Part shown: piece by piece, positions 25,801 through 37,390 of the stretch
Layout: every line of letters begins with the position of its first letter
Position numbering within the stretch: the stretch's first letter is position 1
Origin: Selaginella moellendorffii
Lineage: Eukaryota; Plantae; Lycopodiophyta
Direction: 5' to 3'
DNA length: 64,000 bases
NCBI RefSeq assembly: GCF_000143415.4
Contig: NW_003314280.1
Span: 1,426,894-1,490,893 of the forward strand
Made by a program: the position numbers and the translations under genes
Notes under the pieces: model-generated
Database searches by the model: none
Told to the model about the DNA's origin: nothing
What the model saw: only the letters and a program-made list of their open reading frames with translations

Positions 25801-28800
25801 TTGACGGACTTCATGCACACACGAGGCCTCAGAATGAGATCCCTGGGTCGGGTGGTAAGTCTTTTGTTTCTTTCTCTTTCTTCATATGCAAACTTTTAAT
25901 TATTTGGCTTTTTGTTTGATAGAGTAGGCTGAACTCTCGAAAAATCTTCCACACATTCAGTCTCTGTGTGTTCATGAGATGGTTGTTCGAGCGTTCAAGC
26001 ATGTACTTCGTGCAATGGTTGCAGCTGTCACGCATCCATCCGAACTAGCAGTCTCAATCGCCGTCGCACTCAATGCAATGCTGGGAACTCCTTCCAAAGA
26101 GTCCATGCTCGAGTCCTCCAATACGTCCGAGCTTCTGACTTGGAAATGGTTGGAAGCCTTCACCTTGAAAAGATTTGGCTGGACACTGTCAGTTGATCCT
26201 CGGCCCGAGTTAAGAAAGTATGCAGTTCTTCGTGGCATTTGCCATAAGGTAAACGTAAACTGTCTGCTTTTACTCTCTAAATTGTGTTTTCAGGTTGGTG
26301 TGGAAATCGCACCTAGAGATTACGACTACCAATCTCCTAACCCCTTCAGTAGCGCTGATATTATCAGCATGGTTCCAGTTTATAAGGTACTTTTTTTCTC
26401 TGTGGTAACCGTAAATGATTATATTATACGGCAGCAAGCGGCTTGTTCATCTGCGGACGGACGGACACTGTTAGAATCGTCAAAAACTGCCCTGGATAAA
26501 GGAAAGTTAGATGATGCGGTTGCTTACGGCACGAAGGTATTTACGATGTTTCTTAAACGTATGCTAATGCCATTTTTGTAGGCTTTGGCGAAACTGGTGG
26601 CTGTCTGCGGTTCTTATCACCGAATGACTGCCGGAGCTTATAGTCTTTTGGCAGTGGTATTGTATCATACAGGGGATTTCAATCAGGTCTGGTCTTGTCA
26701 CTTGCGGTTTTATACAATCTAAACGTTTGTCGACGCTTCTCAGGCTACCATCTACCAACAAAAGGCTTTAGACATCAATGAACGCGAGCTTGGCTTGGAC
26801 CATCCGGATACCATGAAGAGCTATGGAGATCTGGCTGTCTTTTACTACCGGTTGCAGCATACCGAACTAGCTCTGAAGTACGTTCTTTTGTGATTCTTTT
26901 TAATTGATGACCTTAACCTTCTTTACAGGTATGTCAACCGGGCCTTATACCTCCTTCACCTGATCTGTGGACCCTCCCACCCGAACACAGCAGCTACATA
27001 TATCAACGTTGCAATGATGGAAGAAGGTCTAGGGAATGTGCATATAGCGCTTAGATATCTTCACGAAGCTTTGAAATGCAACCAGCGACTTTTAGGAGCG
27101 GACCACATCCAGGTAAAGATTGGGGAACGTTTAAACTGTTCTGAGTTCTAATTTTTTGGATTTTAGACGGCCGCTAGCTACCATGCCATAGCTATCGCCC
27201 TTTCGCTAATGGAAGCGTACTCCCTCAGTGTACAGCACGAGCAAACAACGCTTCAAATCTTGCAAGCTAAGCTTGGTCCTGATGACTTGCGCACACAGGT
27301 ACTAACTTATTTGCGAGTGCACTATTTTATTCGATTTGTTCTTTTTCTTTCATTATGTAGGATGCAGCTGCTTGGCTGGACTATTTCGACTCAAAAGCTG
27401 TAGAGCAGCAAGAGGCTGCACGAACTGGGGCACCAAAACCAGATGCTTCAATCGCCAGCAAAGGTCATCTCAGGTATAACTCGGTCCATGTAAGAAATCA
27501 TGCTTGAAACAAATATGACGATACTCGGAATGTGATGCTCAGTGTTTCAGATTTGCTAGAATACATCAACGCTGAAGCAGAACTCAAAAGAAAGGAGTTG
27601 GAGAACATCAAACGCAAACCAAAGCGTTCAAAAGTACGTCCTTCGCTTTTATGCATTTGCTCAATAATAATAATATTTTTTTTGCAGCCTTCTAAAGGTC
27701 TCTCAAGTAAGCCATCAGATGAGGGAGCTGATGAGGATCAGAGCTTCTCGGACACAGACTCTGCGGAATCACCACGCGAAGCTCCACCGGACGTTATTTT
27801 AAACGAACCTGCAACGGTAGAGAATGGCAATCACATCATGGAGGATAAGAAAATAATGGTACCGCCATCCACAGCGATGGAGGACACGTATCTCTTCGAG
27901 GACGATGGGTGGCAAGAGGCAATGCCTAAAGGACGGCATTTGAACGGGGCTGTCAAGAACTTCTGGCGCAAAGGATCAAATGGTTTCACAAGGAACAACA
28001 ATCGCAGGAACTTGCTAGCCGCTGGTCAGAATAAGGAGCAGCAGCCTCTTGTGCAAGCTGCCGGTAAAAGGAAAGTCACAATTTCGTCAAATAATGGCGC
28101 TGGAAACTCCCCGACGGGTGGAACGGCAGCACCGACGGTCAAAACAGAGCTGGGTTACCGCAAGCTCGGAAAGTTTTTCAATAACAGGTCTCCCTCCAGC
28201 AATGGCTCAACGCATAACGTGCCCGAGCTTTCAACAGTAACTTCTCCGCAGTACACAATCAAACGAGTAAAGAGCAGTAGCAATCAAGCGAAGGTAGCCA
28301 GTGTGGATCCTGAGACGGCCTCTGTGTCGTCCTCTTCTTCAGCTGGAGTACCGTCGGAACCGCCAAGATTAGCTTCCTCTGGCAAGGGACACTTTTCCTA
28401 CAAACAAATAGCATTGGCACCACCCGGGACATGCACGAGTCCACCACCTATTGTGGACAACAAGACTCAGTTGGAGGAATCATCTAAACCGGAGGCTACA
28501 GAAGTTCAAGCAAAAGACGTGGATGGTACTGAACGTGACGCTTCTCCGGACCGCCACGCACGGCCTTCGCAGCCAGCTGAGGATGCAAACTCTAAATCAT
28601 CTGGTGTGGAGGAAGTGGGGACGACGGCCGAAACACAGCAAAGTATGGCTGAGGAAGTCGGCGACTCCTTGGACGTGGAGGACCAGCAGACAGACTCGGA
28701 TGGAGGATCGTCAAAGAGGCTTTCTGCCGCAGCGCCACCGTTCAGTCCCATCGCCAATCCCCCCAACGTGGAGAGCCCGACAGGACCGGCAGTGGTCGTC

Positions 28801-29742
28801 ACTCCGTTCAAGGATGGAAAGAGTTTGCCAAACGCAAACTTGTCGTCACAGGCGGCTGTTACACAGACGACAGTCGCAGTCACTCCCATCAAAAAGTCCT
28901 CTCAGTTTCATCTCGGCAGAGGTCCAGCGAGATCACAAGGTCCTTTCAACTCTACGAAGAGGACTTACGTTTTCGCTCCTCGAACGCCTCAACCTCAGCC
29001 TGTGGTACAGATACCGGAAGAAGCTCAGCAACCATCCGAAACAGTATCAAAGTCGGCCCCAGTGACTCCCAACACAGGTGCCGAGTTCAGTCCCGGTGGG
29101 AGGAAGATGAACCCAAACGCAGCGGAGTTCGTTCCCGGAAAGCCGTGGTTTTCGTCGCAGCTGCTGGATTTTCCTCCTCTCGTTAAAGGTGACCCCCGCC
29201 AACTTATGGTTGCAGTACCGGTTTACCAGTACAGCAGTGAGCTCGAGATGGAATACGCTGCCGCTGCCGCCGCTGGCGCGCCTCAGAACTGCCTCATGAT
29301 GGAGCCCATGGTTCCCATGGGATTCGAGAGTGCTCCTCCACCTCCTCCAGCCGAGGACATCATCAAAACTCTCGAAGGCAGTGGTGAGGCAGAAATGCCA
29401 GTAGCAGCAGCAGAGGGGACGAGCAGTGTCACTCCGGCATCAACCTCTGGCTCTACTGCGACGAAGCTGTGGGCCGACCTTGCAAGCGAGAGCGAGTCCG
29501 AGGGCGACGAAGCTCTTCACGGCACTCACGAATCAAATGGTACACAAGCTAACGGTGAGGCCACCACCAACAAAATTGCCGAGAACGGCAGCGATGCACG
29601 AAGCACGACAGAGTCGTCCTCCGGCGACGTGTGTTTCGAGCACAGCACCCGTGCGCATCACAAAGGCTACGGGGGAATGGTGCACAGACCCGATGGCGGA
29701 GATTGCATCCCTCCAGTGCAGCCGGTTGTGATCGTGAGGTAA
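22812..29742 (+). CDS. REDUCED CHLOROPLAST COVERAGE / TSS-like CLU-TPR protein; many exons
   Basis: Exon 1 [23 protein letters not shown], then [70 protein letters not shown] and [11 protein letters not shown]. TPRs include [15 protein letters not shown]; [10 protein letters not shown] follows. Confidence 0.93.
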
Positions 29743-30387
29743 CCAGCCTCGCTATAGTCTAGCTCACCCGGCGAAGTACAGGCCAGAGTGACGAGAATGA
29801 AGAAGACGACGACGAATGACGCCGATAAGCTTAGCTTCAATCAGCGAAATCAAGCCGCCAGCTAAGAGCAAAGCATGCAGCTCTCGAGGATAATTTGCCG
29901 GGGTGGTGGTTTGCTAGATTCAATTTTTTGGAGTGATTGATCCGAAAGAAGAAAAATGGGAGATGGAGCAGCAGTAGTAGTAGCAGCATTGGGAGCATCA
30001 GCAGCAGCAGCAGTGGCAGCAAAACTTAGCCAGTGTCAGAACTGGGAAAGAAAAGGAATACGAAAGAGCTCTCTCTCGCTCGTCTCCTTGCGAGCTGCTG
30101 ATATCCAGTCCGTGTGACCTCAAGTACTGGGACATGTCGGCATCACTAGTTACTGGATTAGTTCAGTATCATCGGCTTTGGTTTCCTGGAATGGAGTGGC
30201 TTACGGAATGGTCAGATATTCTGGGAGGAAGTGATAAGATAGAGACGGAGAGAGATGCGAGACCGACGAAGATGCCTGCTGAGCTACGCGACGAAAGGCT
30301 AAAGATCAAGTCTTTGGGAGAGAAGGACAAGACTGGAGGAAGAAAACTCGAGATTAATCATCGCTGGTATCATCTCATCATCTCAAC

Positions 30388-31259
30388 TCAGTCTGAATCA
30401 ACAACGTAAGCTCGGCTATGTACACTCTGGCCGTCCTGATCGTCGGAAGCTCGCTCCCCGGCCTCCTCGACCTGAGTACTCTCCGGATCGACGACTACGA
30501 CTTGCTCTAGCTGGCTCTGGTGGTGGTGGTGGTGGTGGTGATGAGCTCCAGACTGCTGCTGCTCAGGCTGGTGATGATGGCGACGGTGTTGGTGTGGCAC
30601 AGCTGCTGTGGTTTTCTCCGGACTGCCTGGAACGAGCAGTGCGTTACGACAGATTGGACACGAGGTGTGCGAGTGGAGCCACTGTTCGATGCACTTTCGG
30701 TGGAAGCCGTGGCTGCAGTGTGGGAGGATGCGAACCATCTGGCCGTTCCGGAAGTCGCTGAGGCAGATCATGCACTCGGTCCAGCAGCCGCCGCAGCCGC
30801 TGGTGTCGCTCTCGGCCTTTTCCCGCAGCGACGATGATCCATACCTCACCAGCTGGAAGGATTTGATTATCTTTTTGGTCAGGCCCGAGGCTGGCTGCTG
30901 CTGCTGCTGCGGCTGCGGCTGCTCCTCGTCGCCCAGTGCCGCGGTTTCTTCCGGCTGCTCGTGGTGAGGATTTTGGTTTTGGTTGTCGGCGCTGCTGCCA
31001 TTGCATTTGATGTTGTCCCAGGGAATGGCGCAGATGATGACGCACAGGAGGATAGCAATGAAGATCATGGTGACGTGAAGAGCCGTGAATCTCATGGGAG
31101 AGGAGGAGGAGGAGGAGGGAGAAGTTCTTGGGAAAGAAGCTGCGTTGATGCCATTGCCATTGCTGACGGAGCTTGAGGCTGGAGGAGAAGGCCATGGAGG
31201 TGCCAAGTCTTCCATCACCACAGCAATGTCAGAGGATGAGGAAGGAGAAGGAGGCATGA
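30388..31259 (-). CDS. ATL-family RING-H2 E3 ligase
   Basis: Hydrophobic TM segment, GL.K motif, and RING-H2 CMICLSDF...LPHCSHGFHRKCIEQWL..HTSCPICR. Start codon uncertain. Confidence 0.9.
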
Positions 31260-32330
31260 GGAGCAGCAGCAGCAGCAACATCCTTCTACACTCTTTTCTG
31301 GAGGAATCAAAGGAGAAAGAATAAAGAGGGAGGAGAGAGAGAGAGAGAGGTGTGGAAGTAACTTTCAAGGAAGAAGTCCCTCATGTAGTAGTAGTACCAT
31401 TTTGATGATTGAAGTGATTCTCCTCCTCCTCCCTCCTCCCCTGTTGGCCTGCAAGCTTCCTCCAAAATATCCTCACAAACAATTTGATTGGGAATGAGAT
31501 TTCCTGGGAGCTCCAAGAACAAAAATTTGTCACCTGGAAAACGAGCTAACCTTCTCCAAAATCCCAACAACACAAAAACAAAGACACACCCCCACCACCA
31601 CCACAGCTTACAATCAAACCAGAAAAACTTGTCTTCTCTGTTCTCCCATAGCCAGACCCTCTTCCTTCTCTCCCTCCCCCCCTCGCAATCTCTGTTGCCT
31701 TGCAGAAAGAGAGCATTTACATTTACTATGGTTCAACTACCTCTGTGGAGAGAAAAAAAAGAGAGGGACAGAGAAATGAGAGAAATTCTGGATACTTGTG
31801 ATTCAATTCATCTCCTTGATCCTAGGACCACAGGAGACTAAATCGCTCCAGTCCCCTTCTTCTTCTACCGCTCATCCCTTCAAATCAGAAAGAGAGGAGA
31901 GCTCCTTTCAGATGTGAAGCGCCTTTTGGCTTTGACACACACTCTTCTTTTCCCTCTTTGTTGCGGAGCTGTAAGTAATGCCCGGGCTCTCTGGATCTCG
32001 AGTGCGCGCGCGTGTCTAAACGTCGGTGTGTGCGTACATTGTAGTTGAGGGAGAGAAGTTTGCGAAACTCCCCTGGCCACTTAAATTCTCCGCACTCTCC
32101 ACAAGTCCCCTTCCATGGGATTAAAGAAAGCATAGACTAACCAAACCACGTTTCCTCTAGCATCTGCCTCGCAAAGATCACTGCTTCTCCACCACCACAA
32201 GAAAGAGAGTGCCATCAATCTCCACTCCCTCTTTCACATTTACGTGAGAGCCCACCATTGCGGGCCTAGGAACGTAGCCCCTGACCCTTGAGAGCGACAC
32301 AAAGAACACACAAACAAATAGAATTTTGTG

Positions 32331-32362
<32 letters not shown>

Positions 32363-32522
32363 TAGATCAGTGTTTTGAGGCCAGAGGTAATAAGCGTGAA
32401 GAGAAGGTGGCGGCTTTGATTTTGTGAATCAGTGCGTGAGTAAAAGAGAAGAGTGAAGAATCATGTGCATTTTCCTGGGAACGGCAACTGGTGTATTGAA
32501 TCTCTTGAAAGCGAAAGATCTC

Positions 32523-32561
<39 letters not shown>

Positions 32562-33493
32562 TTAGAGATTACTCAAAAGTGCAGGCCAGAAGGGATTGGG
32601 AGAGGAAGACTTTGAGTCCATTGGCAAGGCCGTAAATGAGACGTTAAGACGTGCTCAAATATCTGGCGATTCATCTCTACATGTGGTCTCGGCATGGATC
32701 GCGACAGTGATCTCGGAACTGCAAGCTTCTGGACCTTCGCATTTGTTTATCGTTCAACCGACGAGAGATACAGGCGAAAAAAGAAGGGAAAGAAAAGGAA
32801 ACAAGGATATAGATTGTCTACCAGCGATGACCATGGGTCTAATATATAAGCGTTTCTTGTCTCATCTCTCACCTGGGGGGGTTTTTTGGGGAAATCTCCA
32901 AATCATTCACGCCATTTGCAACGTTGCAGCGTGACAGGCACAGCCACAAACAGATGGTGATATCGCTTCACCCCACGGAGCAAAAGTGCTACAAGGGACC
33001 CTCCCGGAAGAAGTGACCATTTTAAGGTCTTCTCCGTATTTTCGCTTTCTCGTTTCTCGGACAGTTTTGGGGGCCAAGAGCAACGTAGCCAAGCCAAATT
33101 CTTCGAGATATAAAGCAAAAAAGAATAAAGAATATAGCTCGTGGAACAGTGATTGACTCCCCACAAATGCTCATTTCTCCACGCCAAAGCATCTTTCCAT
33201 CCTGTTCGTATTTGCCTTCTTATAATTCTTTTTATCGTCTGTCAGGTGCGCTTTGTGGGCGTACGAATCTAAGCCCGCGCACGCACCAGCAACAAGAACA
33301 AGAGCCCACACAGAAGCAACACGAGAAACAACCAAAAGTTCTTCCTCACGATCATGAGGCCTCGTTGCGAGTTTAAGATAGGGAAAAAGCCACGAACAAG
33401 ATCTAGGGAGGAGAGTGGAAAATGATTTAGAATGACATCGACAAACACCTCTTCCAAAACCCCAGTGCCTTAGTTTGGAACTGGACGACCTGT

Positions 33494-33826
33494 TCAAGCA
33501 AAGACTAGATCGAAAACAACCAAGAAAAACTTTGCACAAGTAGTTCCAGAGGGAACGTTGATCCCACACTCAAGGGGCAGGACGAGCGCCTTTCCAACTG
33601 AGAGGCCGGCCCTGGGCGTCTCGGGCCCTGACACGGCCTGGCAGAGGCAAACTTGGGAGGTTTTGGAGATGGAGTCGCAGCAAGCAGCGGTGGGAGCCTG
33701 CCTGGGCCCTGTGGCCTTGATCGCGGGAATGCAAGGCTGTATATCCGCCAAGAAGCAGTAGCCATTCCCCATTTCCACCATGGGCAGCGCCGCAAACACC
33801 ACCAGAAGCACCACCACCTTCGCCAT
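33494..33826 (-). CDS. Non-specific lipid transfer protein (8-Cys motif)
   Basis: Signal peptide MAKVVVLLVVFAAL, then C..PC...CC...CLC...LP..C...TC. The 3' end may be spliced. Confidence 0.85.
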   Translation of the reverse strand: MAKVVVLLVVFAALPMVEMGNGYCFLADIQPCIPAIKATGPRQAPTAACCDSISKTSQVCLCQAVSGPETPRAGLSVGKALVLPLECGINVPSGTTCAKFFLVVFDLVFA

Positions 33827-34089
33827 TCCTGTTCTTGGGCTGACGATCCCAAAAGCTCGGAAGTCTCCCAAACTAGTATAGATGATCCCTGGCTTGGATC
33901 GATTGGATTTGTTTTTAAATCCTGGAGCGCTGTGGAGGAACGATCGCGCTGTGGGATTTTAGCTGGGGATACATGATCTTCTGCCACCCACACTAAGCTT
34001 GTGGAGCGAGCACGTTACGAGCGTGAAATCGCGCCTTCTTTGTCCCGATTCGCGGGCTTTTCAAACTTTTAAATAGCTTAACTTAGGGT

Positions 34090-34377
34090 TTAATGTAGAG
34101 CTTTGTTTGGCGCGGCGATGTGTAGGAGGAATCCATGGCCCGAGAACAAGGGCTTGAGGAAGGGGCTGGCTCGCGAGCACAGCGCCCTCATCCTCTTGAG
34201 GATCCGGCTAGAGAAGAGAGGAGGAATCGCCACATTGAATCGCTTGACTCGCAAATTCCGCCTGCTCACTCTGATGTGTTGGTACGAAGAGCGCGAGATT
34301 CTCCTCTGCTGCTGCCGCTGGCTGCTACCGGCGCTGCCCGGGAAAACGCGAGCCCAAATCTTCCTCGTCACCGGCAT
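34090..34377 (-). CDS. Small basic uncharacterised plant protein (tentative)
   Basis: 95 aa Arg-rich ORF. Its C-terminal LKPLFSGHGFLLHIAAP loosely resembles the LF.G..LF.Q..P tail of a small basic plant protein family. Recognition is weak. Confidence 0.35.
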   Translation of the reverse strand: MPVTRKIWARVFPGSAGSSQRQQQRRISRSSYQHIRVSRRNLRVKRFNVAIPPLFSSRILKRMRALCSRASPFLKPLFSGHGFLLHIAAPNKALH

Positions 34378-34825
34378 AATTGCCGCTGCTGAGCTGCTGC
34401 TGCTGCTGCTGCTGCTGCTGCTACCACTTGCGGAATTGAATGGTGGTGAAATGTATCCTTAGCTCCAACCAAGGCGCTTGAATGTGACCCTGATCCTGCC
34501 GAAGAACTCACCGCAATTGAGAGCCCAGCACGAGATTGCGACTTGCAGTTGCGCGCTGGATTCGTGAGAGGCAAGGCGTCGAGATCGGTGCTGCCTGAGG
34601 GAAGAATAAGGGGGAGCGTGACCGCGATCGGCAACGAATGCTGCATCCATAAAAACAGAGCACCATCAATGTGATGGATTGACCCCGCTGACCAAACCAA
34701 AGAACTTTGAGCTACCTCTCTTTTGCAGACTTTATTTCTCCCGGGCCTTCACGCGGCTTGCACCGATTTTAAGAGGTGGTGGTCGACCCGGAATCAATGA
34801 TCTTCCACCACCGCGGATCAACGCC

Positions 34826-37342
34826 ATGTCCTTTTCACAGCTACCAAGCATTGACTCCAGGAGCCTGCCTTTTAGAACTCGCAGGCTCCTTGCCGGAGAA
34901 TCGCGGCCGGATGGTGTCGAGCATGGCGACGATCAGCTGGAGAGCTTCATCCGGGTGGTGAGATCCTGCACCAGTTCCAAGAACCTGGATGAGGGCCGAC
35001 GGATCCATCTGAGGATAGCGAGGAGCGAGCACAGGAGTAACAGGTACCTTGCGAATTTGCTGATCGAGATGTATGGCAAGTGTGGCCGCATTGCCGACGC
35101 TGCCAAGGTCTTTGATCGGATCCAGGAGCCCAATGTCTTCTCGTGGAACATCATGTTTGGAGCGTATGCCCAAAACGGGCATATCGAGGAGATGAAAGAG
35201 CTGTTTGATCGGATGCCCGAGAGGGATGAGGTTGCCTGGAACGCCATCGTCTCGGCCTACGCTCAAAACGACGACCTGGAGAAGGCAAAGGAGATGTATG
35301 AGATGATGCCAAGAGCAACGGTAGTGGCCACGAATACCTTGATCGTGGCCAATGCAAGGAATGGCGATCTCGCGGAGGCCGATCGACTATTCCAGGGACT
35401 GGGCCGGAAGAAGAACATCGTTTCTTGGACTGCGATGATCACGGCCTATGCTCAGGCAGGCCTGGCGCTCAAGGCCAAGGCGATTTTTGACTCCATGGAT
35501 GCCCGATGCAAGGATTCCCTGGCCTGGAACGCGATGATCCAGGCGTACTCCCAGACCGGCCATTTCCAAGAAGCGATGGAGCTGCTGGAGAGAATGCCGC
35601 ACAAGGATGCCGCTTCTAGCACGATCCTCATCGCGGCACTCGCGCAGCAGGGATTCTTGAAAGAGGCCATGGATCTGTTCGAAAGAATGCCGGATCCCAA
35701 GAATATGGTTGCCGCCACGGCCTTGCTCCGCGCATCTGACCTGGGGCATGCGGAGCTGATCTACCACAGCATGCCGGAGCGCGATCTCGTTGCCGAGAAC
35801 GCGATGCTCCAATCTTACTGCGAGAATGGCTGCCTGGAGGATGCCAAGAACTTCTTCCACCAAATGCCGGAGCGAAATATCTTCTCCTGGAGCTCCATCG
35901 TCTCTGCGCTCGCCCTAAACGGCCATCTCCAAGAATCCACTCGCTTGCTAAAGAAAATGCCCGAGATGAGCCTCGTGGCGTGTACGGCGTTGATCACTGC
36001 GTACGGCCAATCCGGTGACATGGACGCCGCGTGGCGGATATTCGACGAGATGCCCTGCCACAGCGTGGTGTCATGGACGGCCCTGGTCGCGGCCTGCGGA
36101 AGGAACGGTCATTTGGAGGAATCAAAGCGAATCTTCGACGCAATGCCGTACCGCAACCTAGTGACGTGGAACGCCATCGTGGCAGCGTACGGACAGAATA
36201 TGCTTATAGACGCCGCGAAAGCCTCTTTCGATGCGATGCCGGAGTGGAACATTCCGTCGTGCGTCACGCTGCTGGCGGCATATTCTGACAGGGGGAATCT
36301 GGAAGATGCTACGCGGACATTCTCTTCCATGCCCGAGGTGAACGCCATGGCGTCTACCGCGATGCTCTCCGCGCTCGCGGCAAATGGCCGGCTGGACGAG
36401 GCGAAGGATATCTTCGAGAGCATTCCAATCCGGGGACTCGCGACCTGGAACGCGATGATCACTGGATTCGTCCAGGCTGGGGATCTCGCCAGCGCGCGAT
36501 CTCTGTTCGATCGAATGCCCGAGAGGGATCTCATATCCTGGAGCGTTATGATCGCAGGCTACACCGAGAGTGGGGGTACACACGCGGAAGCCGTGAGCCT
36601 GTTCGATTCGATGCCCGTCCGCGACACAATCTCTGGTAACGCGCTCATCGTTGGCTACGCTTCGCAAGGGGATTTGGAGTCCGCCACCGCGATCTTCAAC
36701 CGGATGCCGCAGCACAGCGCGATCTCCTGGGCAACGCTGATCAAATCTTATGCCCAGGCCGGGCATCTGGATCTCGCCGACGCAATGCTGCGCGAAATCC
36801 CCTACCCTAATCTCTTCGTCTGGAACGCAGTGATCGTGACATATGCCCAATGTATGAAGCTCGACAGGGTAAAGCAGGTGTTCGATTCCATGGACGAGCG
36901 CAATGCAGTGACGTGGAATACCACGCTAGCAGCACATGCCCACAATGGGCATATTCTCCAAGCCGAGGCTCTCTTTAAAACCATGCCAGATCCAACGTCG
37001 GTGTCTTACAACGCAATGCTTAGCGGCTATTCGCAGTTTGGAGAATGGAGAGACGTAGCATTGACGCTGGCAGCTATGAGCTTATGTGGTTTCCAACCGG
37101 ACGAGGTAGCTCTCACGAGTATTCTTTCATCTTGCAGCCACGAAGGCTCTATCGACAAGAGCCGCGAGTATTTCTCGTCTGCGGTGGTGGACTATGGCCT
37201 AGATTATCTCCCCGAGCATTTCTTCGCGATGGTGGATGTCTTTGGGCGTGCTAGTCAGGCTAGGATGGCTCGAGAGCTTAGCAGCTGCTTGACTCACAAG
37301 GAACCTGTGAGAAACATTTCCTGGAGCATGCTAAACTTGTGA
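34826..37342 (+). CDS. Long SS-repeat PPR protein with truncated E domain
   Basis: About 22 tandem 31-aa repeats (F..MP.....SW.A.I.AY). The ORF ends shortly after MVDVFGRA. First plausible ATG at 34826. Confidence 0.92.
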   Translation: MSFSQLPSIDSRSLPFRTRRLLAGESRPDGVEHGDDQLESFIRVVRSCTSSKNLDEGRRIHLRIARSEHRSNRYLANLLIEMYGKCGRIADAAKVFDRIQEPNVFSWNIMFGAYAQNGHIEEMKELFDRMPERDEVAWNAIVSAYAQNDDLEKAKEMYEMMPRATVVATNTLIVANARNGDLAEADRLFQGLGRKKNIVSWTAMITAYAQAGLALKAKAIFDSMDARCKDSLAWNAMIQAYSQTGHFQEAMELLERMPHKDAASSTILIAALAQQGFLKEAMDLFERMPDPKNMVAATALLRASDLGHAELIYHSMPERDLVAENAMLQSYCENGCLEDAKNFFHQMPERNIFSWSSIVSALALNGHLQESTRLLKKMPEMSLVACTALITAYGQSGDMDAAWRIFDEMPCHSVVSWTALVAACGRNGHLEESKRIFDAMPYRNLVTWNAIVAAYGQNMLIDAAKASFDAMPEWNIPSCVTLLAAYSDRGNLEDATRTFSSMPEVNAMASTAMLSALAANGRLDEAKDIFESIPIRGLATWNAMITGFVQAGDLASARSLFDRMPERDLISWSVMIAGYTESGGTHAEAVSLFDSMPVRDTISGNALIVGYASQGDLESATAIFNRMPQHSAISWATLIKSYAQAGHLDLADAMLREIPYPNLFVWNAVIVTYAQCMKLDRVKQVFDSMDERNAVTWNTTLAAHAHNGHILQAEALFKTMPDPTSVSYNAMLSGYSQFGEWRDVALTLAAMSLCGFQPDEVALTSILSSCSHEGSIDKSREYFSSAVVDYGLDYLPEHFFAMVDVFGRASQARMARELSSCLTHKEPVRNISWSMLNL

Positions 37343-37390
37343 GAGCTCAGCGAAGGAGATTTAGCTGTCAATAGTTTTTGGAGTCGCGGT

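Noticed and set aside
31897-31915. miR159/319-star-like GAGCTCCTTTCAG
   Set aside because: The match is short and no mature arm is found nearby.
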